This document shows, piece by piece, positions 1 through 12,400 of a stretch of DNA of 45,069 nucleotides (its first letter is position 1; every line of letters starts with the position of its first letter). The stretch is from assembly GCA_900088475.1 (NCBI GenBank), contig FLMG01000909.1:1-45069 (forward strand), written 5' to 3'. The stretch is from Hyphochytrium catenoides. Lineage: Eukaryota > Protista > Hyphochytriomycota. The notes below the pieces were generated by a model. The model was given only the letters and a program-made list of their open reading frames with translations, searched no databases and was not told the origin of the DNA. Made by a program: the position numbers and the translations under genes.

Positions 1-440
1 TCTGATAAGCTGAGAGATACGCTGAAGGTGATAAGACCGCCAGGAAAAGAGAGAGAGGCAGAGAAAAAGAAGTAGGAGAGACCTCCCGGAGAACAGGGAA
101 GGGAGAAAAAGAGAGAGAGAGAACAGGAGGAAAGAGAGCGGCGGTATTAAGGGATATGCGATATCAAAGACATGCGGCCAAAGTGAGAGGAAGATATCCT
201 CGAGAGCAGATAACTATTGGCCGCTTGGACAACAAGAGAGAGAGGAAGGGAACGAGAGAGAAGAGAGATCACTGAAAAAGAGAAAGAGAGCAGGAAGCAA
301 AGAGAGAGTCGAGAGAAGGAAGGAACGGAGAGGGTCGAGAGAAGACCGCTAATGGGCAGAAGAAGGAAGCAGACTCCCTCCTCTATTTGGTCCGTCCTTT
401 GACCCTATTGTGGTGTGCCTGTCTGCTTACTCTCTTTCTC

Positions 441-486
441 CTCTCTCTCCACCCTCTTGCTCTTCTCTTTGTTCTCTCTCTCTCTC

Positions 487-517
<31 letters not shown>
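441..517 (+). repeat. (CT)n microsatellite / polypyrimidine tract in a LIG4 intron, representative of many in the window (e.g. 1112-1150, 37491-37600)
   Basis: Directly visible ctctctct runs. Confidence 0.9.
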
Positions 518-518
<1 letters not shown>

Positions 519-547
519 ACATACATGCCTCATGTCTCGCTGATCAG

Positions 548-3500
548 GGCCAGACAGTGTACCCGATCCTGCGTCTTCTGTGCCCGCAGCAAGACATCCA
601 TCGCAGCGCCTACAGGCTGAAGAGCTCTCTCATAGCAAAGTAAGCCCTCATGTAGCTCTCTCTGTTACTCTTTATTTCCTTTCTCCTTTCTCCTGTGCCA
701 TCCTTTAAATCTTCACAGGTTTAATCTGGGCCATGACCAGCAAGCTAGGACATCCCAAACCCTCTCGACTTGGTCCCCGCCTCTTCCTTTCTTTCTTTCT
801 CACTCTCTGTCTCTCTCTCTCTAACTCTGTGTGTGTCTGTCTTTCAGTTCGCATCCCATCTCATCTATTCTTCTTTCTCCCTTTCCCTCTCACTCATCAT
901 CTTTCTTCTCCTTCTTACTCAGGATCTACATAAAAAATCTCGCTCTGAGCCCTGAACATCCTGACGCCAAGGTTCTTCTTAACTGGAAGGTTGGTTAGAT
1001 ATGTACAACCCTTCTCTTTCTGCATCTCTCTCCGTTGGCCTTCGACAGGATTCCCTTATGTATGTAAAGATATTCTCTTCTAAGCCGAAGTGGACGCCCT
1101 TAACACTCCGTTCTCTCTCTCTCTCTCTCTCTTCTCTCTCGCTCTCTCTTCCCTCATCCCCAATCCAGGATCCGACGCAGGTCCAGAGCCGCCTCTCCAC
1201 TCCGTCGGGAAAGCAGCTGACCGGGGACTTTGCTGGCATTTTGGCAGAGATTCTCCGACCTCGCTCTATATCCAGAGGAAAACGCACCGTGGGAGAGACT
1301 AATGAGGTCTCGACTCTCTTCTCTTCTTGCAGTGATTCTTCTTTTGAGCTCTCTCTCTCTTTCTCTCCCGCAAGCCCTTGACGAAGCCGCTGGCTCTCGC
1401 AACCTGTGCCGTTTGTCCCTTTGGTATTGCTCCATTCTCCAGCATCTGTCCTTCTCTCTCCCTTGCTCTGTCTTTCCAAGATTGATGATGGCTTCTTCCC
1501 TTGCTCTTCTCCGTGTCCGCCTTTCTCTCTCTCCTTTCTTTTCTCTTTCTCAGATGCTGGACAAGGTGGCTATCGCGAAGGATTTTGAAGCGAAGAGAAA
1601 GCTCTTCATGGGTCAGTTCTAACGAGACTATGTTCCTTTCTTTCTTTCCTGTCCGCTTCTCTCTTCTTAGTCTTCTCCGTTCTGTAGTCAAATGCCCAGA
1701 GCCAGCAACCCTCCGACCTGTGTAGCCGTGTCTGATGGGCTAATCATTCCAAGGTCTCCTAGTGACGTTGGTTGCGTAGTTCTACATCTCTTTCTCCTCT
1801 CTCGTTTTCCCCCTCTTCGTCTATTATCCCACCTCTGTTAGCACCTCTCGTTCTCTGTCCTGCCTTGGGATGCTTCCCCGCTCTGTTGTCCTTAAATCTC
1901 TCCTTGTCTTCCTCGCTTAATTGGCTCTTTCAGAGATCCTGCAAAACTACACAGCCTTAGAGCAGAAGTACATCGTGCGCATGATGCATGACAAGGAAAT
2001 CAAGATCGGACTCAACTACAAATCGGTAGAGCCTCCTGAGCTTATCGTCTCTCCCTCTGTGTGCTAACGGCTCTTTCTTCCCTTTTGGGTCTCTGCGTTG
2101 CTCTTCTTCTACCCCGAAGCCCTCCTCTTGGGTCTCATTGTGCCTCTTACTCTCAAACGACCGATGGCTCGTTGCTTTTCTGCTAGCTTTTGAGGAGGAG
2201 CTCTTCCTTTTCCCGTGGTCCGGCACATTCTCAGACCACTTCCACCTCGTGTAGGTTCTACGGCACCTTCATCCAGATGCTCTAGAGTTCTTTAGCACCA
2301 CGACAGACCTACGGCGGCTTTGCTACGAGCTCAGAGATCCTAAGATCCGCATGGCCTGCAACGTGGAAGTGAGTCAGACATGACGGTAGAGTGAGGGCAA
2401 GAATGAGAGTTCACTTATCTGGGCGCCAATAGGAAAGAATAGGGCATCTGCGAAAGCAGTAGGAGCCAGCGGGAAGAGATATCGGACAGTGGGTGAGGCT
2501 CTCAAAGGGAAAGGTACAGGCAATCTAATGCACGTATATCGTGTCTTGGCGCTGGACCAAAAAGCAGAGCAGAAGGAAGAGCAGATTTACCTCTCGCTTT
2601 TGTCGCTCACCCCGCTATTCCTGATCTTTATAATGGCTTTAGGTTGGTACTCCCTTCCAGCCGATGCTAGCGAAGCACACAGACTATCATCAGCTCCAAT
2701 TTTCGCTGACCTATGACTTTGTCATAGAGCCAAAGTTTGATGGAGAACGTATTGTTTGCCATAAAGATGGGGATAGGGTAAGAAGAATGGGCTGCAGCTT
2801 GCTTGATTATCTCCCTTCCTCTCTTCCGTGGGCTCCTCCTGTCCACTAATGTGTTCCGATACCATCGGCGCCGCCCCTCTCTTCTCTTACTCCATTTGTC
2901 CATTCCCAGCTATGCGCTCTCCCCTTGAATGCTTCCGGAAGCCTTATTTATAGTCTGCTTGAACTTTTCTTCCCTTGCGAGCTACAGGGAGGCGGGGTGA
3001 CTCGTGCTCTTCATCTGTTCAAATCCTTGCTGACTGCATTTCTACCTTTTCTGTCGCCCCAACAGGTTTGTTTCTTCACACGGAAGGCCAACGATTATTC
3101 CGAGCGATACGGACCTAGCATCGCTCCTCATATTAGGAGCGAGGTGACCGTGGAGCGCTGTATTCTAGACGGAGAAATGATTGCGTGGGACAGCGAGCTG
3201 CAGAAAGCCATACCTTTTGGCAGTAACAGGGTAAGACAAGAGAAATGGTGGATCCAAGGACAGACCACAGATGGGCCGAGAGAAGACGCGAAGTTAGACT
3301 TATGCTCGCATGGCCAGGAGTGCGCTTGTGGAGGCATGGACTCCCATGTTTTCGTCTTGCTTGCGCCGCTTTAGGTCTACTTCATCCTCCTCTTGGCGTC
3401 CTTGGCGTTTACATTATGGCGGCGTGTTAGCCCCTCTCTTTACATGTCACTTATCAGCACCTCTCTGCGCTATAATATTTTCTCTTTTCATCACACTAAC

Positions 3501-6500
3501 TCTCTTATCTTGGCTCTGCTGTGATAGACGGTTGCCAAACAGCAATCCAAAGCCCAAGAAGATGGAGAAGAGGAGGGCAATCAGTATCTTGTGAGTCCAA
3601 TATCAAAGAGCGGAGAGAATAAGTTACCTCTCCTCTCTTCCCCTCTTTTGGGCTCAACTCAGCAATCTCATCTCACGCTCATCTCACTGGTCCTTCCCTT
3701 CCATTCACACCAAATTTCTCTCGCCTTGTGACCCCTTAATCCTTCCAGCTCCACAACTTCAGTTTAAAGAGCTCGCCTCTATGTACACGGCTGTCGCCGC
3801 CTGTGTCATCAACCATCCTTCAAACTTCCCGCTTTTGCTCCCGAGTTCTCTTGCTTCAGCCACTGCTTTAGTGCTACCCTCCAACCTAATTCTCCAAATA
3901 CTCATCAGCGCTCCCGTAGTGGTACAAGGTCTTCGATGTTGTCTACATCTCCGACCCGCGCGGGCTAGAGATTGTCCGATCCGTCATTCCGGCCGTGGTT
4001 CCTCAGGGGAAGGGCGAAGGTCTGAATCTGATGGGATTGCCTCTGACCGCGAGAAGGAAGATCCTAGAGAAGATTCTCTCGCCTTTTCATGCTAGAGTGG
4101 ATGCTGTGGACCAGGTTGTGGTAGACCAGGGCACACCTGCGGAGAGATATGAGGTAAGTGTGAGATGATGATCCAGAAAGATGAGGAGACGCTTCGACAG
4201 AGCTGATGACAAGCCGTAGAGGGAAGGTTACCAGGACCTCGATTATCATGAGAGGAAAGAGAGGAAAGGGCGAAGGTTGTCGCTGGGATTGCGAATCTTA
4301 AACCATGTCTCCTCCTTCCGCCGTCTAATATGTCGGAGAGGCTTAACCTCCTTTTACCTCTGCACCTAACGATTGTGTTTGTCCTCATCTCTCTCACTTT
4401 TCATGCTCTTTCTTGGGCATTTGTCCCACTTTCTGTGTCATAGCGCGTGATGCAAGAGCTTAACTCCAAGGTTGAGGAAGGCTACGAGGGTCTTATTTGC
4501 AAGTCCCTGACGAGTAGTTACGTCACCGGGCTCAGACGAGGCGAAGAGTGGATCAAAATCAAGCCAGAATTCGCCGTAGGACGCTTCCCTCTCGGAAATC
4601 TTCTATCTCTCTTTCCTTCTCCTCTCATTTTTCTTGCACCTCTCCCTCCCCTCTGCTCCTTACACTTCTGTTCGCTTCAGTTCGCGGGTCCTGCCCTCAA
4701 AACACCTTACGTTCCTCTCACCACATCGGCTTTGTTGTCGCCTCACTTATTCTATCATCTCCCTTTTTGACACTGCTTTTCTAGGGGATCCTGAGTCATT
4801 TGGACGTACTAATATTGGGCGCCTACTACGGAGAGGGAACGGTAGGACCCTTTTCTATCTTTAGTGCCCACATGCCCATCGCCATATCGTCGCTGCCCTG
4901 GCCATTCCTCTCTCTCTCTGTTTCCCCCCCTTAAATGACGTCGCTCTTTCTTCTCTCGTCTCGGGGCTGTCTCTACGTTTGAACCGAACAGAGACGGTCT
5001 GGCCAACTGTCCCACTTCCTCATTGGAGTGCTGGCCAACCCCTCGCTTGACCAAAACAACGAAGAAGAAGCTCCAGATTGCTATACTCTAGCTAAGGTGA
5101 ACCTGACGACCCTTCTCCATGGCCTTTCCTAGCCGACCTTACTTACTTTCCTCATCTATGTCGTAGCACACGACGCGACCAATCAGTAATGAACTTCCGT
5201 CTCCGTCTTTCTTAGATGCTTAGTATCTTTGGCTTAGGACTCTGTTCGCTTCTTCTATCATGCTGCTCGTGTCTATCCTCCAAACCCGTAGGTGAAGAGT
5301 TCTGATGTTCGTCTCTGGTACCATGATACTCCAGGTTGGCAGTGGGTACTCTCTGACGGACCTGCAGGTGTTAAATGAGAAACTGAATGAGCACTGGCAG
5401 CCTTTTGATCACAAACGGCCACCGAAGCATCTTCCAGACTGGACGCCATCAGTAATTGACAGACCAGGTCAGAGTGAACGGTCCAGCCCGCTAACGATAG
5501 AGAGCGAATGAGGCTACTCCAGTAAGGGGAAGCCTGGCAAAGTAAAATAGAGTGAGCACGGCAGTGATTGATCTTTGACAGGCAAGGGGCAAAGGTTGAC
5601 CTGCTTGCCAGTGCTGTCCCGTCATGAGCACAATTCATGCGCTACCTCCATCATCGTCGTCACTTTCGGTGTATACTCCGCGCAATCTCATTTGTTCTCT
5701 TCTTCCTCCTGGGCTGGCTTGTCTCTTGTCTCCTTGCTTTAGACCGTTGGATCGACCCTAGGAAGACAGTGGTCCTAGAAATTAAGGGAATGGAACTCGT
5801 AGCCACGAACACCTTCAGCTGTGGCTTCACCATCCGGTTCCCGCGGGTGCAACAGATCCGGTGGGATAAAGTAAGCGCCTTCTACTGTTTCTGGTTACTG
5901 CATTGATAGTCTCTATCTCATATCACCCTCCTTTACTCCATGGCCTAGGCTGCCCGTTAGGCCGCCCTCTGGCCCTCTTCAGCCTATTCCCCCTTTTCCG
6001 CTTTCTTCCATGGCTCTTGGCTCTATTTTTGCTTCTGCTTCTGCGTCTGACACATTCTCTATCTCATACCTAGAATTGGTTTGAGGCAATGACGCTGCGG
6101 GAAGTGAGCGACCTTCGGGATAAGGGAATGAAGCGCTCACACGACGAGTAAGTCCATTCTAAGAGCCTTGTACTAAGAGACGTAAGCTGGACGGCAAGAG
6201 AGCCGCCTGGGGGGAATCGTCTTCATAATTTTTGAGGTTGGCTGGAGTCCTTGAGATAGGATGAGACAAACGAGAAACAAGATAAGGAGTCAATTGGGAA
6301 CTGCAGCCTCGACAAAACTTGAAAATTGCACGGGATAGAGCAATAAGCGTAGAACAGGGGAGAGGGGATCCGGTTGCGTCTGATGGTCTAAGTCCGGCGG
6401 CGAGGGGATTGCGGTTGAAGCAGGCTCATATTTACTACTTGGTTTGGCTGCCACGAATTGAGCTCTCTTAGCAATGTATTCTCTCTCAAACTGCTCCTTC

Positions 6501-9157
6501 TCTATTTGATCGGTCTTGAGGTCCATGACTGCTAAGACGTCTCTGAACTCTTCCTTACACACCTCTTGTGCTAGTGAGCCCGCGCAACGGAAGCGTCAAG
6601 TAACTCGAAAAGTTCTAAAGTCGAATGACAAGGGTGTCATCTCTGCTTTCCGCGCCCCAGATCTCTCATCAGTAACGAAGCAGGGCGAAGAGTTCAAAGG
6701 ATTAGAGATGAGAGTCATTGCTGGCACGTACAAGGACATCATAAAGTAGGTACCGGCGTTCTGTCTCCTTGACTCCCATAAGCGACCACCTCCTGCTCGA
6801 TCCTTTGACGACGCCTTTGGTCCATTCATCGTCCACTTGAACGTCATTAAAGATATGCTGTCTTTGTCTCTTTGCTGTCTAAGTCTTATTCCACCTGAGT
6901 TCTTGCACTAACTCTTCCACTGTGTCTTTGCTCTGCCATCCTTCCTTGTGTCTTCGGGTCCTCCTTGTGGTCGATTCTCACTTCTGCAGCAATAAGAAGA
7001 TAACCTCAGACGCGCTAGCGGCTCTCATAGCGTCACATGGAGGAAAGCTTACAATGAACCAGACGCCAAACACAAAGTATGTGATAGCCGCCCCAGAGGC
7101 CACCAACAAGCTTGTGGTAAGTATGTCCATTGCCACGTCAGGGGACAGAGGATGCCGACTCCTAGCAGCATCGGCAGCAACCCACCGCATGAACCTCTTG
7201 TTACCTGTTATGGTTCTTGACCTTCCTCCCGCTGGCAAATGGCGATTGTGGAATCACCTCACGACGCAGTTCTTAGTGTTTCCACTTCCAGTGATCCATG
7301 CCGTAGCCGTAGCTCACCATGGCTTTTCTAATCATCAGGTGAAGAACATCATTCGGAGTGACTCTCACAACATTCTCACCTCCGAATGGGTATTTGAGGT
7401 ACGGGGGATACTCAAGCGAGGGTCCTGACCTAGGTCATTTTGCATCTTTTATTTGTCCACCGCACCAGTGAAGCTCCTTGCTTTATCACACATGGACGTA
7501 ACTCCCCTCGCTGTATCTAGCTTTGCTCCTTGTTGCAGCTTTTAAAGTTTGTTGAACTTCCTTCTGTTTCGTCGTGTTTGCAGTGCATTAGAGAGAAGCA
7601 GCTTATTGAGCCCAAACGCCGGCATTATCTGCACCTCACACGAAGCTCTAAGGAGGCACTGAGCTCCATCTATGACCGCTTCGGAGACCCATGGACCTCT
7701 CCCTCTTCTATTGATGAGATGCCCATTATAATAGCGGAGGTAAGGGGCTCAAGGGTATAGAGGAGATACCTGGAAACTCCAAGTAGCTAGAAAAGCAACG
7801 GAGAGCAATTGGGGGAGACGACGCAAGAGGTAAACGGTACAGAAAGGAGATGGAGGGCCAAGAGAGCCAACTTGAGAATGGAATCGAGACAGAAAGACTA
7901 ACTGCGTATAGGGCGTGTTGCGTTAAGTGGTACGCATACGGAACATATAGAGGACAACACAGTGGAGAAGAGTTATATAGACTAGACGAGCGAAAAGGCG
8001 AAAGTGTGCCTAACAAGTTCACTGTTAACTCTAGGTTGACCGGCTCAGAGAGCAAGGAGAGGTTCCTCCCATACGTCCAAACTGGCGTAGCTACGTAGAA
8101 GAGCATTTCTTGTTAGAGGAGCAGAAGATGCTAGACCAGAACCCATATCTCTACATGTGGAGAAGCAAAATCTACTTTGGTGAGGCTGCTCACCCTCTTA
8201 GCCAAGCGGCTTGCTTATCCTCTTGTTCTACGGATGCGGACCCTAACGTTGGGGCTTCCAAGGGGTTCTCTTGTTGCTCGCTCCTTTCTCTCTCTTATCC
8301 TCAAGTTCCAGAGATTGCGTAACAATACCTAAAGCTAACGAGGATCCTTTCGTATCGTGACCTCCGCTCTTCCCCTTCTCTTAGGTGACGAAGTGAGTGA
8401 ACAATTGAAGTGAGAAGGTTTACTGCTTGGTTGCTTGGTCACCGCTCCCTCTCCTTCGTTTGAGAATCAATGTCGACACGGAGTCTGGTGGCGTTTACGC
8501 CAGAGCATCAATCTCCGCCTCCGTGTTCATGTATCTCTTTCCCTCGTTTCTGCATCTGCCGCTTAGGAATATGGAGAGAATGAATTAGGAGTGCATCCGC
8601 TCGCCTATGAAAAGGATGTGATGAGACGGCGAGGAGCAGCAGTCGCAGAAAATCTGGACAGGTCGACCGCTTTACTTAAGTCTCTCTCCCTCTGCCTGTA
8701 GACCTCTGGCTTCAGACTCTCCAAAGGCTTCACTAATCTTTGCGCAAGGCACTTAATCGCTGGCTCCTTGCCTTACTTGGATCGTAGGTCCGTCACCCAC
8801 GTGGTCCTTGACACCAACCATGACAGGTGAGCCAGTAGGAACAGCTCTGGCTGACTTCTGATTAAATTTGTAAGAGGGGTGCGTGCCCGCACCGGTGCCC
8901 AAGACCGAGAACTATTCTAGTTCGATCTTGCTCTCAAAAGCTCCCTTCTTCCCTCCATTTGGTACGATGATGGACGGTAACCTTTGCTTGCTTTCCGGGC
9001 CAGACATAATGAAATACTTCGATCTGTGTTTGCCAAGATCCGGTCATTCCATTCCGTGAAGCGAGCAGCAGTCGTCTCTCAAAAGTGGGTCAAGGAAAGC
9101 GTGGAGCAGGGGCAACAGCTTCTGCCAGATGATTACATGCTGAATATTCATTCATAA
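548..9157 (+). CDS. LIG4: DNA ligase IV (NHEJ ATP-dependent ligase with two C-terminal BRCT domains); spliced, N-terminus lies upstream of the window
   Basis: Phase-consistent GT-AG exons: 548-639, 923-989, 1169-1306, 1554-1611, 1934-2025, 2255-2368, 2643-2777, 3066-3230, 3528-3590, 3920-4153, 4444-4575, 4785-4841, 4992-5096, 5335-5467, 5743-5870, 6074-6147, 6575-6745, 6990-7116, 7339-7398, 7584-7739, 8035-8179, 8385-8392, 8567-8661, 8788-8826, 9004-9157. Motifs: YPILRLLCPQ (DNA-binding domain), EPKFDGER (adenylated Lys), ILDGEM, YKVFDVV, EGLICK, WIKIKPEF, KVGSGYS, IRFPRVQQIRWDK, YDRFGD, and BRCT-type HGGK..THVV..WV motifs. Stop TAA at 9155-9157. Confidence 0.95.
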
Positions 9158-9480
9158 GGCCAATCAGGATGGCGGAAGAACGGTCTTCTTTGTTCTGTGT
9201 AATCAGGTGCTACTCTATCGTCGATGTCTTCTCCCTTCTCTTTATTTATGTTTGAGTTCCCTCTGTCTCCAAAGGTCTTTTCCGCATCTTTTGCTCGGTC
9301 CATCTCCCTTCCTCACTCACCGACATAGTCTAGCCGGTCGTGGCTATAATCTGTACATTGTAATACCAGCCACTTAAGGGGAACGCGTGCTAAAGCTGTC
9401 ATATCTAGCACTCCGTAGTGCATCCCTGAAAAACCTGACCGCTTACCTTCATAGCCTTCCTTCATTTTAGCCTCATACGC

Positions 9481-12400
9481 CTATCCCCGAGAATCTTGGC
9501 GCTTCGGTAACTGATCGGAGCCATCTGGCGCAATCTCTTTTCTCCTTCGCTTGACGATTGCTTAGGAAAGCGCTTCCGAGGTGTTGTGAAGGTTTTGATA
9601 AGCTATTGGGAAGAGATTTGGCTCGGTGCAAGGTGAGGTGTTTGAGCTGCTTCCGAGGCAGCTGGGGAAGAAAGAATAAATAAGAGATGACATTTAACAG
9701 TTATCGGATCGCTGCTAAACGCCTGGGTTATTCTGGGACATTGTCCTCTTCATGACCTCCTCTTGAGAGAGGAGGTTGAGCTTGCGCCTTCTTGCCTGCA
9801 ACCAACTTCCCAGCTTTACCCTTTGGCTATTTCCTGGAGACCATGAGAAAGACATCGACAAACCGCCACGTCAAGTACAAGCAATAGCGCTTGGTAAAGG
9901 AAGAGGACTGCGCTACCTGAACTAGTTGAATCTTGAGTTGACTTTTCTGGATCAGTCTGACTCGCAAACGGTGTTCCGCTCGAATCCGCATCTTTGTCCT
10001 GTCCTCCTGATTCGTCACTCGTCTTCAGAGCAGAGCCGGGGAGAGACTTCAAGAGCCTAAAATTGCCTGGTCGACTACCCAAGGTACCTCCGCGGCCCCT
10101 TCCAAATGACTGAGGTTTACCTCCTCTTACGCATTGCGGCCCTACTCCTCTTCCTGCGACTGTCCTATCTGCTAAGCCTCCTGGCTGTGTATGGCCATGC
10201 CTCACGAAGAACTCCTGCATGGAAGGGAGAGATTCCGCTAGGGTGCCATACTTCTTTATGCTACCGCGAATCCATTTAGAGAAATGTGCAGGCACATTTC
10301 CATTCTGATATCGTGGATCTAACAGTATAACTGCGCCGTAGTCATTGATATGTCGGATGCAGCGCCCTGTTGGACAAGGGCCGTAGGAAGTTAGGAGAAG
10401 CAAGCATCAGTCAACTGCGATAGATGCAAAGGAGACGGGAGAATCCACTTCCAGCAATTTATATGACAAAAGCTACCTCACCGATGGCTTGATTCAGTGC
10501 TCGAAAGGTCTGATGCTGGTACCATGTCTCTCCATCAAGAACTGGCCGGCGCTTGCTGCATGTCAAGAAAGGTATTAACTCGTAAGGACAAAAGCGCATC
10601 TTGGGGCTACAGAGCACTATCTAGTCGATAATGGGCGATTCGTCAAATACTAGGGAGAGAGCGATTTAGAGCAAAGCATGCAAACGCGTGTCAAATTGAG
10701 CCAATGGCTGCACCATCAAGGCACGACGATGAGAGCTAGACGGGAAAGCCTGAGATCAAGCACCATTGGATATTCTGATATCTTTTCTTCAGCACCAGTT
10801 GCAGGTCCTTTACGTTGGGATACGGAATGCCGACTACAATTACCGCTCTGGCATTATCATCTGCAAAATCGATGCCCTCACTAATCTTCCCTCTACAAAC
10901 AGCGAAGAAGACAGCGCCTGTTTGGCTGGGTCGGTTTGCGAAAGAACTCCGTCCTCCATGATGTTGCGTGCTCTTACTAGAGTGTTGCTGCACTGCCCCT
11001 CTGAGAAAGAAGGAGATAGACAAGACGGATGTTCAGAGCGAAGTCCAAAGGGGCTTTAGAAGGATGATTAGTGATGAAGAAACAGGTTTTGGTAGGTTTT
11101 CTGCAGTGCTAGAATCGAGCCTGGAGGGTTGGTGAGGTGAAGGCCAGGAAGGAGATAAACAAACATTTTGTTACTAAGGCCTGCGCACCTAAAGCTGACA
11201 AGTGATTCTTCAAAGGCTGCACCGGATTCTCGAGGCTCAATCATCAAAAGCTTCCTTGCTGCCATCCGAGACCATAGCCCTATAGCACAGGGTAAGAATC
11301 AGCCCTGAACCAAACCCAGCTTCTCCTGTTTCAGGTTTAGCGGAGTGTCCTTTCTTTGCTATCCCTCCCAGTCCAAGCCGCTTATCTCTGCCAGTCAAAG
11401 CAACACATGCAAGGTTAAGCTGCTTCGTGGCCTTACCCGTGGACTGCCATCGGCCCTGAAGCTTCTCGATAAGGGTGTAGGATGGAAAGAAGACTAAAAT
11501 TCCTCCTGGAATGGTGGTGAAGTATTGAGCCAGTGTCTCCCCCAGCGCATCTTGGTAATCAAAGCCGTCTTGGTTCTTGTACCGTCCACTGAGCGAAACA
11601 CTTCTAGGACCGCAGGCAACCGACCCTGCCCATAGCTATAGATGGCGAAAAAGAAGGGGATAAGGCCTTTCTTCCATCTAGTCGTACGCAGTGGCCCCCT
11701 TATCCCTTTTAGCCTGGCAACTATTCTTTTCGCCGTCTCTCTGACAGTACGTATTCTTATCACATCTAGCAGATTCTGTCCTGTTTGTTGGCATTCACAC
11801 CGCCGATATCATGAGCTTGCCAAGGCATCCTTCAAGTATTCTGTCAAACTGGAGTTGTAGGCCGCAATAAGGCAGCAGGACACTGAACTAATCGCACTAT
11901 CTCACCTGATTTGCTACATCGATGACGTGGTTGGCCTCAAGCCGCACAGGGAAGTCAACACCCAGCTCTGAGGCAAACGATTCGAGTGGAGAAAGTGTCC
12001 CACTCGCCAAAATAATGGAGCGAGCCTTGGTCTTCAGTTCGGTGAACGCCACTGCTGGATTAAGGCACCAAAAACAGAGCTTGCAGACCCATCGGGGCCG
12101 TCGAGTCGTTCGATCCCACTCCCGCGCCTATTGCGCCATACAAGCAAGACAGTATCAGTAGGTAAAACACTAGACCACAAGACTTGGATGGAGGACTTGA
12201 CCTAGTAAGGTCGATATGGCTAAATATGGGCGATATGGCGCAGAAGATGAGGAGAGTCCACAATTCAGAGCGACCCCAACACCGAAGAGATAATACCAAC
12301 CTTTAGAGCAACCATTCTGTAGTCTGCAGTGTGGAGCCCATCATCATTGAAAATGAAACCTAAGATAAAGAACAAGTTCTCGAGAGTGGTGTACACAAGC

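Noticed and set aside
217-2226. Many overlapping ORFs encoding SLSLSL or ERERER peptides
   Set aside because: These are translations of intronic (CT)n/(GA)n repeats. The real coding sequence is the spliced LIG4.
11494-11640. Apparent frameshift in the FANCJ exon (ORF track reads [14 protein letters not shown])
   Set aside because: Recounting the C5 run at 11539-11543 keeps the true frame open ([25 protein letters not shown]). The track ORF is a different frame.
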